From an uncultured Planctomycetales bacterium (GTDB lineage Bacteria; Omnitrophota; Gorgyraeia; Zapsychrales; JANLHA01), in assembly GCA_964374105.1 (NCBI GenBank), contig CAYJXI010000009.1, positions 1 through 60,606 of the forward strand: a DNA stretch of 60,606 nt, given 5' to 3'; not shown here. Position 1 is the stretch's first letter. More notes on this DNA, generated by a model. It had not been told where the DNA came from and made no database searches. It was given only the letters and a program-made list of their open reading frames with translations.

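Noticed and set aside
24075-60606. Possibility that the giant frame is an artefact of an alternative genetic code or of several fused genes.
   Set aside because: TAA, TAG and TGA all terminate neighbouring genes (e.g. 20310 TAA, 14235 TAG, 12532 TGA), so no stop is reassigned. No in-frame stop or RBS-plus-start boundary was seen. Misassembly at the internal repeats cannot be excluded without reads.
1-60606. Search for tRNA, rRNA or other classical RNA genes.
   Set aside because: No cloverleaf-like or rRNA-like sequence was recognised by eye in the intergenic regions. This is a weak negative and should be confirmed with dedicated tools.

Overview
All analysis is by-eye translation and motif reading; no searches were run. 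The window has three blocks. (1) 0.2-21.3 kb, all on the + strand, is an atypical Tad/Flp (type IVc) pilus locus. It encodes a parvulin PPIase lipoprotein, CpaB, a CpaC secretin fused to a TonB C-terminal domain, and a CpaE/TadZ-CpaF/TadA fusion ATPase. It then has DUF192 and an AT-rich insert with an HTH/transposase-like gene. Next come eleven ORFs with class-III (Flp/TadE/TadG-type) signal peptides, including Cys-rich 537-aa and 1385-aa proteins, and finally TadB and TadC. Long perfect REPIN-like hairpins sit between the distal pilin genes. (2) 21.3-24.0 kb holds a decayed IS200-like/RAYT tyrosine-transposase pseudogene, an intact IS5-family insertion sequence, and an AT-rich regulatory region with a promoter followed by an intrinsic terminator. 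(3) From ATG 24075 to the last base of the window there is one uninterrupted + strand reading frame of at least 12,177 codons. It is absent from the supplied ORF track because it has no stop inside the window. The predicted giant protein has an N-terminal TM anchor plus a C39-like cysteine peptidase, two polytopic membrane regions, and five copies of a ~115-120-aa module. It also has a ~2,400-residue coiled coil, two divergent SecA-DEAD-like P-loop ATPase modules, an HExxH motif, a transglutaminase-like Cys-His-Asp core and a 554-bp near-identical in-frame duplication. A giant gene with many TM segments and SecA-DEAD-like domains next to a T2SS/Tad-like locus matches what has been reported for giant genes of Candidatus Omnitrophota. 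That taxonomic link is inference only. No rRNA, tRNA or CRISPR array was recognised.
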